Counted from the first letter of the whole stretch, positions 18,771 to 28,962 are shown. The stretch: 63,542 bases of DNA, filler included, from an uncultured Methanosarcinales archaeon (GCA_964434885.1; 3 parts of 3 records of this genome joined end to end with filler, not necessarily neighbours in it), one strand, 5' to 3'. The notes: a model not told the origin generated them from the letters alone. Made by a program: numbers and translations.

Positions 18771-19709
18771 ATGAAACACAATCTTAAAATTACCCTAGTT
18801 CTTTTATTCATCTTTCTAGCTGCCCAATTCATTGGCATCGCCGTCATATATAATTACATTGATCTAGAAAAAACAAAAGCTACTGGTAAAACAACCTTCC
18901 AAGACTTACCAATTGGAGAAAGACCCCCTGTAGATGAAAAATTTAGCTTTATTCCAGTAATTATTGCTGTATTAATTGGTACTGGGATTCTATTCTTATT
19001 AATCAAATATAAAGTATATTTCCTCTGGAAATTATGGTTTCTAATCGCTATTATCTTGGCCTTAACAATCAGTTGGGCCGCTTTCCTAAAACCAGCTTAT
19101 GCTCTTTTCCTAGCTCTTCTTTTCGGCCTCTGGAAAATATTCCGACCAAATGTTTTAATTCACAACTTTACAGAAATATTCATCTACGGAGGTTTAGCTG
19201 CTATTTTCGTTCCTTTATTCAATCTTCTTTCTGTAAGTATTTTACTAGTTGTAATTTCTATTTATGACATGTATGCGGTCTGGAAAAGCAAACATATGAT
19301 CACTTTAGCAAAATCCCAAGCCAAAGCCAAAGTATTTGCTGGATTGTTAATTCCTTATTCTATCAAAGGAAAGTTAACTAAAACAATAAAATCGCGTAAA
19401 AAAACCAAACGTAAATCAAGTATAAAAAATATTTTTGAAAAAAAGAAAATTCCTAAAAAACAATTAAAAAACATCAGAACTGCTGTTTTAGGAGGAGGAG
19501 ATATTGGGTTCCCTTTAATTTTTACCGGAGTTATCTTAGCTAAGTTTGGTTTATGGCAAAGTCTAATAATTCCTATCTTCACTGGAATAGCTTTACTCTT
19601 CTTATTATTAAAAGGAAAATCCAAAAAATTCTACCCTGCCATGCCATTCATCAGCGCTGGTTGTTTCGCAGGATTGTTGGTTGTTTGGTTGCTTGAGTTA
19701 ATAATATAA
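18771..19709 (+). CDS. Presenilin-family intramembrane aspartyl protease (PSH)
   Basis: YDMYAVW, LGGGD and PAMPF catalytic motifs; multiple TMs. Confidence 0.9.
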   Translation: MKHNLKITLVLLFIFLAAQFIGIAVIYNYIDLEKTKATGKTTFQDLPIGERPPVDEKFSFIPVIIAVLIGTGILFLLIKYKVYFLWKLWFLIAIILALTISWAAFLKPAYALFLALLFGLWKIFRPNVLIHNFTEIFIYGGLAAIFVPLFNLLSVSILLVVISIYDMYAVWKSKHMITLAKSQAKAKVFAGLLIPYSIKGKLTKTIKSRKKTKRKSSIKNIFEKKKIPKKQLKNIRTAVLGGGDIGFPLIFTGVILAKFGLWQSLIIPIFTGIALLFLLLKGKSKKFYPAMPFISAGCFAGLLVVWLLELII

Positions 19710-19712
19710 AAA

Positions 19713-20540
19713 TCACTGTCCCAACTTATAAAATTTGCTCAACCTATGCTGTGGACTTCTAGCTGCATAAGCTTCTGGTGAAATAACCAATCCATCTTTC
19801 GCAGCAATTGTTTGTACTCCTGTCTGTTTCTGTATCTCTCTAGCTTCAACAAGCGGATCTGCTTTTAACATCTCAAAACCAAAATGAGTAATCACTGCTA
19901 ACCGAGGTTTAACTTTCTCAATAATCTTAATTGCCGATTCTGTATCTAAATTAAATTTGTTTGCCTGATCACTTGGAAAAACTACATTCAAAATTAAAAT
20001 ATCGGACCCCCTCATTTCTTCCACTAATTCCTTACTATATTTTGTATCTGAAGTATAACTTAATGTGAATCGAGGACAAAACAACTTAAACCCAATCGCA
20101 TTGGGATCACTATGTTCCACTGATAAAGCATGAATTTCCACTAGCTCTATCGCCACTTTCTGCCCTTTATCTAAAGTAATAACTTTTTCCAACAAATCTT
20201 TATGATACTTAGTCAAATATGGTCGTTGTTCTTTCAAACCTTCCACAATTGTTTTATTTGTTACTAAAACTCCCCGTTTATCTAAACCAGATAAAGTCAT
20301 CGCTTCAATCACTGCATTCATATCATTACAATGATTAAGGTGATTATGAGAAACTAAAATTGCTGTATTAGCTCGTAATGTAACTGAATATTCTTTAGCT
20401 TGAGTTAAAGAACCAGGACCAGGATCTAAATGGAATTGAAAATCATCAACCTTTAATAAAATCCCTCCAGAAGCTCTTAATTGCCGAGAAGTAACTGAAC
20501 CTCCTCCTGCCGTACCTAAAAAAATAATTTGTGATGTCAC
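19713..20540 (-). CDS. MBL-fold metallo-hydrolase
   Basis: IIFLGTAG, LDPGPG, SHNHLNHCND, YTSDT, ITHFG; probable GTG start. Confidence 0.88.
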   Translation of the reverse strand: MTSQIIFLGTAGGGSVTSRQLRASGGILLKVDDFQFHLDPGPGSLTQAKEYSVTLRANTAILVSHNHLNHCNDMNAVIEAMTLSGLDKRGVLVTNKTIVEGLKEQRPYLTKYHKDLLEKVITLDKGQKVAIELVEIHALSVEHSDPNAIGFKLFCPRFTLSYTSDTKYSKELVEEMRGSDILILNVVFPSDQANKFNLDTESAIKIIEKVKPRLAVITHFGFEMLKADPLVEAREIQKQTGVQTIAAKDGLVISPEAYAARSPQHRLSKFYKLGQ

Positions 20541-20748
20541 TCTTGAATCTTCAACGAAAAGCAAGTTAATAAAGATTATTGTAATACACTAGTTAATTTT
20601 CATAATCTTTATAAACAAATCACCATAAAAAGTAATGAAAAAAGAGCTAGTTTTAAGATATAGTGTAGGACGCAAAAAATTAAAGATTTTTTGTGGACAA
20701 ACTACATTAGAAAGATAAACAATATGTTTAGTCTTTCTTTATGGATTT

Positions 20749-22398
20749 ATGGAGGAAAATCAAATGACTAATCAAAACGTACAACCTATTTTCATATTAC
20801 CAGAAGACACCAAAAGAACTACTGGTAAAGACGCTCAAAAAAACAACATCGCTGCTGCTAAGGCAGTTGCTCAAGCAGTAAGAACGACTTTAGGACCTAA
20901 AGGAATGGATAAAATGATTGTTGATTCCTTAAATGATGTTACCATCACTAATGATGGAGTTACCATTCTTAATGAAATGAACATCGAACACCCTGCTGCT
21001 AAAATGGTAGTTGAAGTAGCTAAAACACAAGAAGATGCAGTTGGAGATGGTACTACTACTGCCGTAGTCTTGGCTGGTGAACTAATGAAACAAGCAGAAG
21101 ACTTACTAGATAAAGAAATTCATCCTACTGTCTTGGCTAAAGGCTATCGTTTAGCTGAAGTGGAAGCTCAAAGACTATTAAAAATCATGGCTGAAAATGT
21201 AACTGTCAATGATGACTCAATCTTAAAAAATATTGCCATCACTGCTATGACTGGTAAAGGTGCTGAAGCAAATAAAGAAAAACTAGCTGACTTAATTGTT
21301 CGAGCAGTTAAAGGGGTTTCTAATCAAACTCCTGAAGGAATACAAGTTGATATCAACAACATCAAAGTAGAAAAAAGAGTAGGAGAAGCTACCCAACAAA
21401 GTACTTTGATTGAAGGTCTTTTAATTGATAAAGAAAGAGTTCATCCTTCTATGCCAAATAAAATTGAACAAGCAAAAATTGCTTTATTAGACCGAGCATT
21501 AGAAATAAAAAATACTGAAATTGATTCTAAAATTCAAATCAATGATCCTAATCAATTACAAGCTTTTCTGGATCAAGAAGAAAAAAGTCTTAAAGAAATG
21601 GTTGATAAAATAAAATCTTCTGGAGCTAATGTAGTAATTTGTCAAAAAGGAATCGATGATTTAGTTCAACACTTTTTAGCAAAAGAAAAAATATTAGCAG
21701 TAAGAAGAGTTAAGAAAAGCGATATGGAAGCATTGGTTAAAGCTACTGGTGGAAAAATAATTACTAGTTTAAAAGAATTAATTCCTCAAGACCTTGGTTT
21801 TGCTGGTTTAGTTAAAGAAGAAAAAGTTGGAGATGAAGAAATGATTTTCATCGAAAAATGTCAAAATCCTAAAGCTATGACTCTCTTAGTTAGAGGTGGA
21901 ACAGAACATGTTGTTGAAGAAATCAAAAGAGCAGTAACCGATGGAATTGGAGATATTGCTGCCACCTTAAGAGATGGAAAAGCAGTTGGGGGAGCTGGTG
22001 CTCCGGAGATGAAATTAGCAAAAGGCCTAAAAGAATATTCTTCACGTTTAAGTGGCCGAGAACAATTAGCAGTAAAAGCTTTTGCTGAAGCATTAGAAAT
22101 AATTCCAAGAACTCTTGCTGAAAATGCTGGTTTAGATCCAATTGATGTCTTAACAGAACTAAGAAGCAGTCAAGAAAAATGGGCTGGAATTAATGTCTTT
22201 ACCGGACGTCCAATGAATTCTTGGATGCAAGGAGTAATTGAACCATTAAAGATAAAAACCCAAGCCATTAGCTCTGCTGCTGAAGTAGCTGAAATGATTC
22301 TCAGAATTGATGATGTAGTTATGGGTAGTAAAAATACTGGTCCGTCTCCTGGAGCAATGCCTCCTGGAATGGGTGGTGGAATGCCAGGTATGATGTAA
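20749..22398 (+). CDS. ths: Thermosome (group II chaperonin) subunit
   Basis: [35 protein letters not shown]-rich tail. Confidence 0.98.
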   Translation: MEENQMTNQNVQPIFILPEDTKRTTGKDAQKNNIAAAKAVAQAVRTTLGPKGMDKMIVDSLNDVTITNDGVTILNEMNIEHPAAKMVVEVAKTQEDAVGDGTTTAVVLAGELMKQAEDLLDKEIHPTVLAKGYRLAEVEAQRLLKIMAENVTVNDDSILKNIAITAMTGKGAEANKEKLADLIVRAVKGVSNQTPEGIQVDINNIKVEKRVGEATQQSTLIEGLLIDKERVHPSMPNKIEQAKIALLDRALEIKNTEIDSKIQINDPNQLQAFLDQEEKSLKEMVDKIKSSGANVVICQKGIDDLVQHFLAKEKILAVRRVKKSDMEALVKATGGKIITSLKELIPQDLGFAGLVKEEKVGDEEMIFIEKCQNPKAMTLLVRGGTEHVVEEIKRAVTDGIGDIAATLRDGKAVGGAGAPEMKLAKGLKEYSSRLSGREQLAVKAFAEALEIIPRTLAENAGLDPIDVLTELRSSQEKWAGINVFTGRPMNSWMQGVIEPLKIKTQAISSAAEVAEMILRIDDVVMGSKNTGPSPGAMPPGMGGGMPGMM

Positions 22399-22421
22399 TT
22401 AGTTTACCCAAATAAATAAGA

Positions 22422-22462
22422 TTAGCTGTAGGGAAAGAGGTGTGAGGAAACCCTACAGCTAA
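22422..22462. terminator. 12-bp perfect inverted repeat between convergent genes
   Basis: TTAGCTGTAGGG ... CCCTACAGCTAA downstream of the thermosome gene. Confidence 0.55.
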
Positions 22463-22597
22463 CCAAGAAATTCTTTTTGTCTTTTCATCATGTTTTTTTG
22501 TTGTTTTTCTACAACATTATATTGATCAAAAGTTCCTTTAAATCCATCTTGAACTGCAAAATCAGTTTTTCCATTAACTAAAGTACATTTTCCAAAT

Positions 22598-22849
22598 TCA
22601 CAAATAATTTGTTTCATTTTTCATTTGTTGTAAAGCTATTTCCATAGCGTTTTGATTAAAACCAACTATCATCATTCCCCCAATCTCAATCACAGGAACA
22701 TCAAGTTGTCCACTTTTTTTTAACATTTCTTCTCTTGCTTTATCACTTAATGAAATGTCATATTCTTTAAATTTAATTTTATTTAAAACAAAAAAATTCT
22801 TAGCTTCCTGACACCAAGAACAACCCAAATGAGAATATACTTTTATCAT
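22598..22849 (-). CDS. Glutaredoxin/NrdH-like redoxin
   Basis: CSWC, SGQLDVPVI, IVGF motifs. Confidence 0.88.
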   Translation of the reverse strand: MIKVYSHLGCSWCQEAKNFFVLNKIKFKEYDISLSDKAREEMLKKSGQLDVPVIEIGGMMIVGFNQNAMEIALQQMKNETNYL

Positions 22850-22913
22850 AAAATATAAACTGGCAATCAAAATTTAAGTATCTTGTCTCTAACCCTAAAA
22901 CAAAAAACAAACA

Positions 22914-22934
22914 TATTAAACACAGTGTTTAATA
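22914..22934. promoter_or_regulatory. Palindromic operator candidate
   Basis: TATTAAACAC-A-GTGTTTAATA perfect inverted repeat between divergent glutaredoxin and regulator genes. Confidence 0.55.
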
Positions 22935-22979
22935 ATTAAAAGTAAATTAGTTAAATACAAAGAACTATTAAAACATAAA

Positions 22980-23609
22980 ATGGAAAAGAAAATTATTGTC
23001 GCTCCTGTTGGAGATTATATGGAGGAATTATATATTGGAATAAAAAATATTCCTACTGAAAAAGTTTTTCTAATTTGTCCCAAAGATAGATTAACTGATG
23101 CACAAGAAGCACAAAAAAACTTAGAAATGTTTAAAATCCCCACTAAAATAAAAATGATTGAAGGCAATATTTGGGAAGAAGTTTTCAAAGAAGTTGCCTT
23201 AGTAAAAAAATATGAAAATCAAGAAGTAATTGTTAATGTTTCTACTGGAGATCGTGAATCTCGTTGTGCTGCTACTTCTGCTGCATTTATCAATGGTCTA
23301 AAAGCATTTGGTGTTGAAGGAGACGAAATAATGATGCTTCCAGTTTTAAAATTCTCTTACTATTCTATGTTAACTGATAAAAAAATGGCTTTGTTAAAAA
23401 CAATTAACCAAGATTGTTGTGCTTCATTAGAAGAATTAGGTAAAAAATCCAACATGTCTTTACCCCTTGTTTCTTATCATATCAATGGAAATCTTAAATC
23501 AGAAGGTTTGAAAAGCATGGGTTTAGTAGAAACTGAAGAAGCAAAAGGGAAAGTAAAAATCAAACTTAGTTCTCTAGGTAAAATGCTTCTGAAAGGTTAT
23601 GTTAATTAA
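22980..23609 (+). CDS. Transcriptional regulator: Rossmann/CARF-like N-domain plus winged HTH (DUF6293/HFX_2341-like)
   Basis: IIVAPVG, VIVNVSTG, then SLEELGKKSNMSLPLVSYHI..GLKSMGLV wHTH. Confidence 0.75.
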   Translation: MEKKIIVAPVGDYMEELYIGIKNIPTEKVFLICPKDRLTDAQEAQKNLEMFKIPTKIKMIEGNIWEEVFKEVALVKKYENQEVIVNVSTGDRESRCAATSAAFINGLKAFGVEGDEIMMLPVLKFSYYSMLTDKKMALLKTINQDCCASLEELGKKSNMSLPLVSYHINGNLKSEGLKSMGLVETEEAKGKVKIKLSSLGKMLLKGYVN

Positions 23610-23699
23610 TTTCTCACTAAAATTAAATTATTTCTTTAATCATTAAAGATTAATATTATATTATCAAAAATTAAAAATACAAAAGTTGGAGGTATAAAA

Positions 23700-23827
23700 A
23701 TGGGTTGTGAAACAAACAGTTGTGAAACAAAAAAAGAAAGTAAAAAAAGTTGTTGTTCCAGTGGTTGTGAAATGACTGATGGAATACTTAAAATGGCTGA
23801 GGATGCGTGGGCAATGGCAGTAAAAGA
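23700..23827 (+). CDS. Small Cys-rich protein, truncated by gap
   Basis: GGAGGT RBS; MGCETNSCETKKESKKSCCSSGCEMTDGILKMAEDAWAMAVK runs into Ns. Confidence 0.6.
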
Positions 23828-23927
23828 NNNNNNNNNNNNNNNNNNNNNNNNNNNNNNNNNNNNNNNNNNNNTTAATTAATTAANNNNNNNNNNNNNNNNN
23901 NNNNNNNNNNNNNNNNNNNNNNNNNNN
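23828..23927. other. Artificial contig linker
   Basis: N-run, TTAATTAATTAA (stops in all frames), N-run. Confidence 0.95.
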
Positions 23928-24001
23928 CTTCTTAGCCCATCTTCTATTTCCATCTAAAATTAATCCAACATGAATATCTTTAATCATTTAGAAAACCTAA
24001 C

Positions 24002-24517
24002 TTAACCAGCAACAACTTTACAACCACATGGAAATTTCTTAGCTGCTCTTTTTAATGCTTCTTTAGCTACTTTCACATCATCTTTATTTACTCTTACTTC
24101 AATCAAAGTTTGCCCTTCTTTTACTCGCGCTGCACAACCAATAACTTTTCCAAAACTTTTCTTCATTCCTGTACTCATCCGGTCAGCTCCTGCTCCAGCT
24201 GCTAATGGATTTTCACGTAAAACATGAAAAGGATAAACTTTGATTTTCATATGGTAAGCCTTAAGTAAAGTCTTTTCCAATAATCGATTAGAAGTCATTC
24301 TTGCTGATTCCAAAGCATTATGGCGAATATTCATACTCTTCTTAGAATTTAACTTAACTATTGAATCAAATTTTCCTTTGGTATTACCCATATCAAACTT
24401 AATAATTTTCATATTAGGGCGACCACCACGCACAAAATTCTTCTTAGTAAACTTACTAATTCTAGTATAAGGTCTTTCTAAATTCTGGTATGCTTTAAAT
24501 TTTCTAATTCTAGCCAT
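24002..24517 (-). CDS. rpl10e: 50S ribosomal protein uL16 (L10e)
   Basis: RPYTR, ALESAR, YPFHVLREN, GADRMSTGMKKSFGK, EALKRA..KFP. Confidence 0.97.
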   Translation of the reverse strand: MARIRKFKAYQNLERPYTRISKFTKKNFVRGGRPNMKIIKFDMGNTKGKFDSIVKLNSKKSMNIRHNALESARMTSNRLLEKTLLKAYHMKIKVYPFHVLRENPLAAGAGADRMSTGMKKSFGKVIGCAARVKEGQTLIEVRVNKDDVKVAKEALKRAAKKFPCGCKVVAG

Positions 24518-24579
24518 TATAAATCACTTCTTTATATCTAGAATAAATGCCATTTATAAATATTTCGTGTTCCAATCAC

Positions 24580-25707
24580 TTACCTTAAAGGCAAAGATAA
24601 ATTAAAAGTAGTTCCTTCTTCTGGTGTAGAATAAAGTGTCAACTTTCCTCGGTGACCAGTAGCCACTGCCTCCGCTACTGCTAAACCTATTCCTTGACCT
24701 TCTTGACAATTTCCTCGAGGAATTGTAGTTCCTATTTTAAACACCTTTGGTTGCTCATGTTCCGGAATATGTGAACCTGTATTACTCACTGTCAAATTAT
24801 ATTTATTGCCCATTACTGAACTAATTACACATATTCTTCCTCCTTCATCTACATGATTAAAAGCATTGTTAATCAAATTCATTGCTGCCCTAGTCACTAA
24901 TCCTTCGTCCACTAAAAATTTGCTGCCATTAGACGTATTACTCAAACAAAATTCAATTCCTTTTTGTTTTGCTTTTTCCTGATACATACTAAAAAGATCA
25001 GTTATCCAAGGTCCAATTTCATAAACCTCTCTCTTTACTTCTTCTCCCTTAGCTATGCCTCGTAAATCTGAAGAACTTTTCAAATAAGTATTAACTCTTT
25101 TAGCGCATTTAGTAACACTATTAATCAAAGGCACTAATTGATCCAAAGTTTGATCTGCATCCTCATACTTTTCAACTACTTGTCCCATCAAATCTCCTAC
25201 CCCACACAACACAGTTAAAGGAGTTTTCAAATCATGACTCTCAATTTCATATTGTTCTACTCTTTTATTACTTTGATTAACTGCAATTTTAGCCCCCGCA
25301 TAACCAGCCACCATTTCCGCCAAAACAACATCATGATAATTATACAAATTTTTTTCTGAATGTAAAATTTCCATTACTCCTACATCTTTCTTTTCTGCCG
25401 GTAAAGGTACATATAACCCTGAACCATTCATTTGATTACCTACTCCAGGTAATACTGCCCATACAACAGAGTTCTGACCTTCCCAACAATAATCCATCAA
25501 TTCTCCAAAAACTTTTGATTCAACTCTCAAATTTCCTTTACCAAGTAACCAATTATATCGATTATCAGAACCTCTAACATAAAAATTAATTGTCTCCTGT
25601 GGAACATTATCTTCCAAAAATTCAATACAAGAATCTAAAAAACCACCTAGATTTTTTCGCTGATCTTTAGCCAACTGATTCCAATATTCCAAATCTTCTC
25701 TTCTCAT
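24580..25707 (-). CDS. Soluble sensor histidine kinase
   Basis: H-box SHDLKTPL, N-box NLINNA, SNTGSHI, GQGIGLA, GTTFNLSLP. Confidence 0.9.
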   Translation of the reverse strand: MRREDLEYWNQLAKDQRKNLGGFLDSCIEFLEDNVPQETINFYVRGSDNRYNWLLGKGNLRVESKVFGELMDYCWEGQNSVVWAVLPGVGNQMNGSGLYVPLPAEKKDVGVMEILHSEKNLYNYHDVVLAEMVAGYAGAKIAVNQSNKRVEQYEIESHDLKTPLTVLCGVGDLMGQVVEKYEDADQTLDQLVPLINSVTKCAKRVNTYLKSSSDLRGIAKGEEVKREVYEIGPWITDLFSMYQEKAKQKGIEFCLSNTSNGSKFLVDEGLVTRAAMNLINNAFNHVDEGGRICVISSVMGNKYNLTVSNTGSHIPEHEQPKVFKIGTTIPRGNCQEGQGIGLAVAEAVATGHRGKLTLYSTPEEGTTFNLSLPLR

Positions 25708-25769
25708 ACTCGCACAACAAAACCACCTCTTTAAAAAAGTATCGATTCATTTATTGAACTAATCTCCAA

Positions 25770-26636
25770 TTACTTCGCATGCAAACTAGAATAATCCAAC
25801 AAAGGAGAACTAGCCAAATAAATATTCCTAATAAAAAAGTAAATAAAAGAATCTGAATTTTCGTTTTTGAGATGGCCAAGATATATCTTTCTTTGTTTAT
25901 TTTCCATCTTGTGTAAATTATAAAAATGTTCATTCTTTTTAGTCATATAAAGCTGGTGTAATTCTTCAAATGCTTCTTTAGCTGCATTCAATTTTCCCTT
26001 AACTGAATCTTTAGATTCATTCATAAACAACAAATATCTTGTTGAATGAGTTAACAATGTTAAAAAAGTGTAAAACAAACCCACTTCTTGATACCCTCTT
26101 TTATTCAAAATCCTTTTTGAAAAATTATCATATTTTTTAATTTCATCGAGATATTCTTCTACACTTTCTGAATCTTCATCAACATCCAGTAAATTCAAGA
26201 TTTCTTTAACAATAAAAAACTGCCTCCCAATAATTCTTTCCATTTTTTGGGTAGCTGGTTCTGTTAAACTTTCAATCACACAAGAATTCTTTGCTTTTTT
26301 GACTATTTGAAAACCCAATGTATGTTCTGCTACCGTCTTCTTGATAGTTGCAAAAGTTTCCGGATGAAAATACTTAACTCTAATCAAATCGTAACCAGAA
26401 CGATAAAGATTAGTAATAATGACTCTTGTAACTGAAGGATATTCTTCATCCAATTTGATACTAATTTCTTTTTTAAAATCTGAGGTCTCACTATCTAACT
26501 CTAATTTTCCATCTTTTTCCTGGATTTTGATTTCATCTCCGGGCTTTAGATTTCTAGCTTCAACCCATTTCTTAGGTAAATAAATAGTGCAACCTCCTAT
26601 CCCTTGCTTAACAATTTTTCTTCTCATGATTAACAA
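25770..26636 (-). CDS. AbrB-type DNA-binding/PhoU-like regulator
   Basis: RRKIVKQG...IYLPKKWV...LKPGDEI N-terminal AbrB domain followed by helical PhoU-like region. Confidence 0.8.
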   Translation of the reverse strand: MLIMRRKIVKQGIGGCTIYLPKKWVEARNLKPGDEIKIQEKDGKLELDSETSDFKKEISIKLDEEYPSVTRVIITNLYRSGYDLIRVKYFHPETFATIKKTVAEHTLGFQIVKKAKNSCVIESLTEPATQKMERIIGRQFFIVKEILNLLDVDEDSESVEEYLDEIKKYDNFSKRILNKRGYQEVGLFYTFLTLLTHSTRYLLFMNESKDSVKGKLNAAKEAFEELHQLYMTKKNEHFYNLHKMENKQRKIYLGHLKNENSDSFIYFFIRNIYLASSPLLDYSSLHAK

Positions 26637-26962
26637 AAAAACTGCTTTTTTTATAAATTTTTCTGAATAATATTAATAATATTAAATCATCAAATAACTC
26701 TATTTCTNNNNNNNNNNAATTATCTTTAATCATCAATATTTACTTATATTCTTCAAAAAATTAATACATAACAGTAATTAACTTTGATTAACGATCGATT
26801 ATTTACTATCAATAAATTTTTTTATTATGCTTTGAATCAATAATATGTGAATTATACTCATATTATAATTATTTGGTGTAGAAAATTCTCCAACAAAACA
26901 ATATAATCTATTCCAAAGTAACAAAAACAAAAATCTAAATCAAGCCCAGGAAGAATAAAAAC

Positions 26963-26994
26963 CCATATTAATATCTTTAATATTAATAATATGG
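26963..26994. promoter_or_regulatory. Operator candidate upstream of the Ubl operon
   Basis: CCATATTA...TAATATGG inverted repeat; core TAATATTAATAATAT also occurs at 26668-26682 upstream of the divergent regulator. Confidence 0.5.
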
Positions 26995-27061
26995 AAAAAA
27001 TATTAAAAAACCATAAGTCTCACCAAGAAGTAGTAAACAAAAAAATGGAAGGTAAACTAAA

Positions 27062-28534
27062 ATGAATCGACATGAAAGTTTGGCTGATGCCAAAAGAACA
27101 ATCTTATTATTACAAGAAGAATTGGAAAGACTAACTCAACCCCCTTACTTATCAGGAACAGTTTTAGAAATTGGTAAAAAAACTACCAGAGTAGCTATCG
27201 ATGGTCAAGGTCTCTGCGAAGTTCTTTCCAATCCTGAACTCAATGGGGCCGGAGAACCGGGTGGTCGTGTCACCTTGAACCCTCAAACTATGGCCATCAT
27301 CGGCGCTTCTGATTTCACTGTCAAAGGTGGCTCAGTCGCTACCATCGAAGAAGTGGACACCGATCGAATTAAAGTTCAAAACAAAGGGGAATCTTATTTT
27401 ATCCTTAATGCTCTAGAAGATGTCAAAGTAGGGGATGAAGTATTACTAGATCCTTCTGGCAGTATTGCCATTGAAAAATTTGATCGCAAGCAAACTAAAT
27501 ACAACTTACAACAAATCCCCACCATGCCTTGGGATAAGATTGGTGGCTTAGATGATATCATTACTCAAATCCGTGATGAAGTCGAAGCTCCTTTTTTGAA
27601 TCAAGAAATCTTCGCCCGCTATGGTCGTAAACCAGCTAAGGGCATCTTACTCTATGGTCCACCTGGCTGCGGAAAAACCATGATTGGAAAAGGGATTGCT
27701 TACAACCTTTCAAAATTAGTAGACGATTGTGGAGCTGGCCATTTCATTGAAATCAAAGGCCCAGAAATCCTAGAAAAATGGGTTGGTAATTCCGAAGCCA
27801 ATGTCCGTCGGATTTACGAAGCTGCTCGGGATGCTACTCAAGATACAGAAAAACCAGTGGTTATCTTCATTGACGAAGCTGAATCCATTTTGAAAACCAG
27901 AGGAACTGGAGTTTCCTCAGATGTCTATGATTCCATCGTCCCTCAGTTTCTAGCCGAAATGGATGGATTAAATGGTCAAGACAACGTCATTACCGTCTTA
28001 GCTACTAACCGGGAAGACATCATTGATCCTGCTATCTTAAGAGATGGCCGAGTAGACCGAAGAATTAAAGTTCCTCGTCCCAACGAAACTGGAGCTACGG
28101 AAATTTTCAATATCTACTTACAGGACAAACCATTACAAGATGATGTTCCGGCTCGTGAACTAGCTGAGCAAATGGCAGCTGTCATCTACGACCCAGAGAA
28201 TGTTGTCTACAATGTTATCGATCCTAAAGCAGAAGTTGTTGGCAGTTTTACTTATGCCAACTTAACCAGTGGAGCCATGCTGAAAGGAATTGTTGATCGC
28301 GCCTGTTCTTACGCCATTAAAAGAGAAATGGCCCATGGCCGGCCAGGATTAGCTAAAGATGACCTAGAATCAGCTTTCACTGATGAAATTAGAGACTCTT
28401 CTGGATTCGCTCAATCCCTAGTCAAGGAAGATTGGGATGATGTTTTTGGTGATCGCGGTCGCCAATATCAACAAGCTCAACGCCAAGGCTACTTGGTTTT
28501 AGAGAAGGTGTTAGATGATGGAGGAATAAAATGA
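27062..28534 (+). CDS. ARC/Mpa-type proteasome-associated AAA+ ATPase
   Basis: N-terminal coiled coil LQEELERLTQPP, two OB-like segments, GPPGCGKT, IKGPEIL, FIDEAE, RGTGVSSDV, NREDIIDPAILR, SGAMLKGIVDRA. Confidence 0.88.
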   Translation: MNRHESLADAKRTILLLQEELERLTQPPYLSGTVLEIGKKTTRVAIDGQGLCEVLSNPELNGAGEPGGRVTLNPQTMAIIGASDFTVKGGSVATIEEVDTDRIKVQNKGESYFILNALEDVKVGDEVLLDPSGSIAIEKFDRKQTKYNLQQIPTMPWDKIGGLDDIITQIRDEVEAPFLNQEIFARYGRKPAKGILLYGPPGCGKTMIGKGIAYNLSKLVDDCGAGHFIEIKGPEILEKWVGNSEANVRRIYEAARDATQDTEKPVVIFIDEAESILKTRGTGVSSDVYDSIVPQFLAEMDGLNGQDNVITVLATNREDIIDPAILRDGRVDRRIKVPRPNETGATEIFNIYLQDKPLQDDVPARELAEQMAAVIYDPENVVYNVIDPKAEVVGSFTYANLTSGAMLKGIVDRACSYAIKREMAHGRPGLAKDDLESAFTDEIRDSSGFAQSLVKEDWDDVFGDRGRQYQQAQRQGYLVLEKVLDDGGIK

Positions 28535-28947
28535 AACAAGATATGAAAGACAAACAAACTGAACAAAAACCCTACCAAACTGATAGTCCAGCTCTAGAAC
28601 AGCAATTACCAATTGTAATTTCCGCTCGTACTGGATTAGCCAGTCAAGACGATGCCATTATGCGAAGAATTCCCACCGAATACGGTGGAAAATCTGTCCG
28701 TGAAGCCTTAGAATATGTTACTGGTGGAGCTGCTACTGATGAAGAACTTCCTTTTGTAGATAGTATCAAAAGAGAATTATCTGCTCGCGGTAGCGTAGTT
28801 GTCGCTAATGGAAAAACTTCTGATCTTACTGATCGAGTTGAGAAGTACCTAGTCGAAAAATCCCATGAACTACCAAACGGAGAAGTTTCCAAATATCATG
28901 CTTTGGAAATCGAAGTCTCTGCTGTTCAACAAGGAGGATATTTTTGA
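28531..28947 (+). CDS. Putative ubiquitin-like (beta-grasp) protein with C-terminal GG-YF
   Basis: SVREALEYV helix, VVVANGK (MoaD/SAMP-like VxVNG), terminal strand LEIEVSAVQQGG plus YF; operon context. Confidence 0.7.
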   Translation: MKQDMKDKQTEQKPYQTDSPALEQQLPIVISARTGLASQDDAIMRRIPTEYGGKSVREALEYVTGGAATDEELPFVDSIKRELSARGSVVVANGKTSDLTDRVEKYLVEKSHELPNGEVSKYHALEIEVSAVQQGGYF

Positions 28948-28962
28948 TTTTTTTTTCTTAAA

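Noticed and set aside
23828..23927. TTAATTAATTAA palindrome within Ns (also at 44474-44573)
   Set aside because: Artificial six-frame-stop contig linker, not biological.
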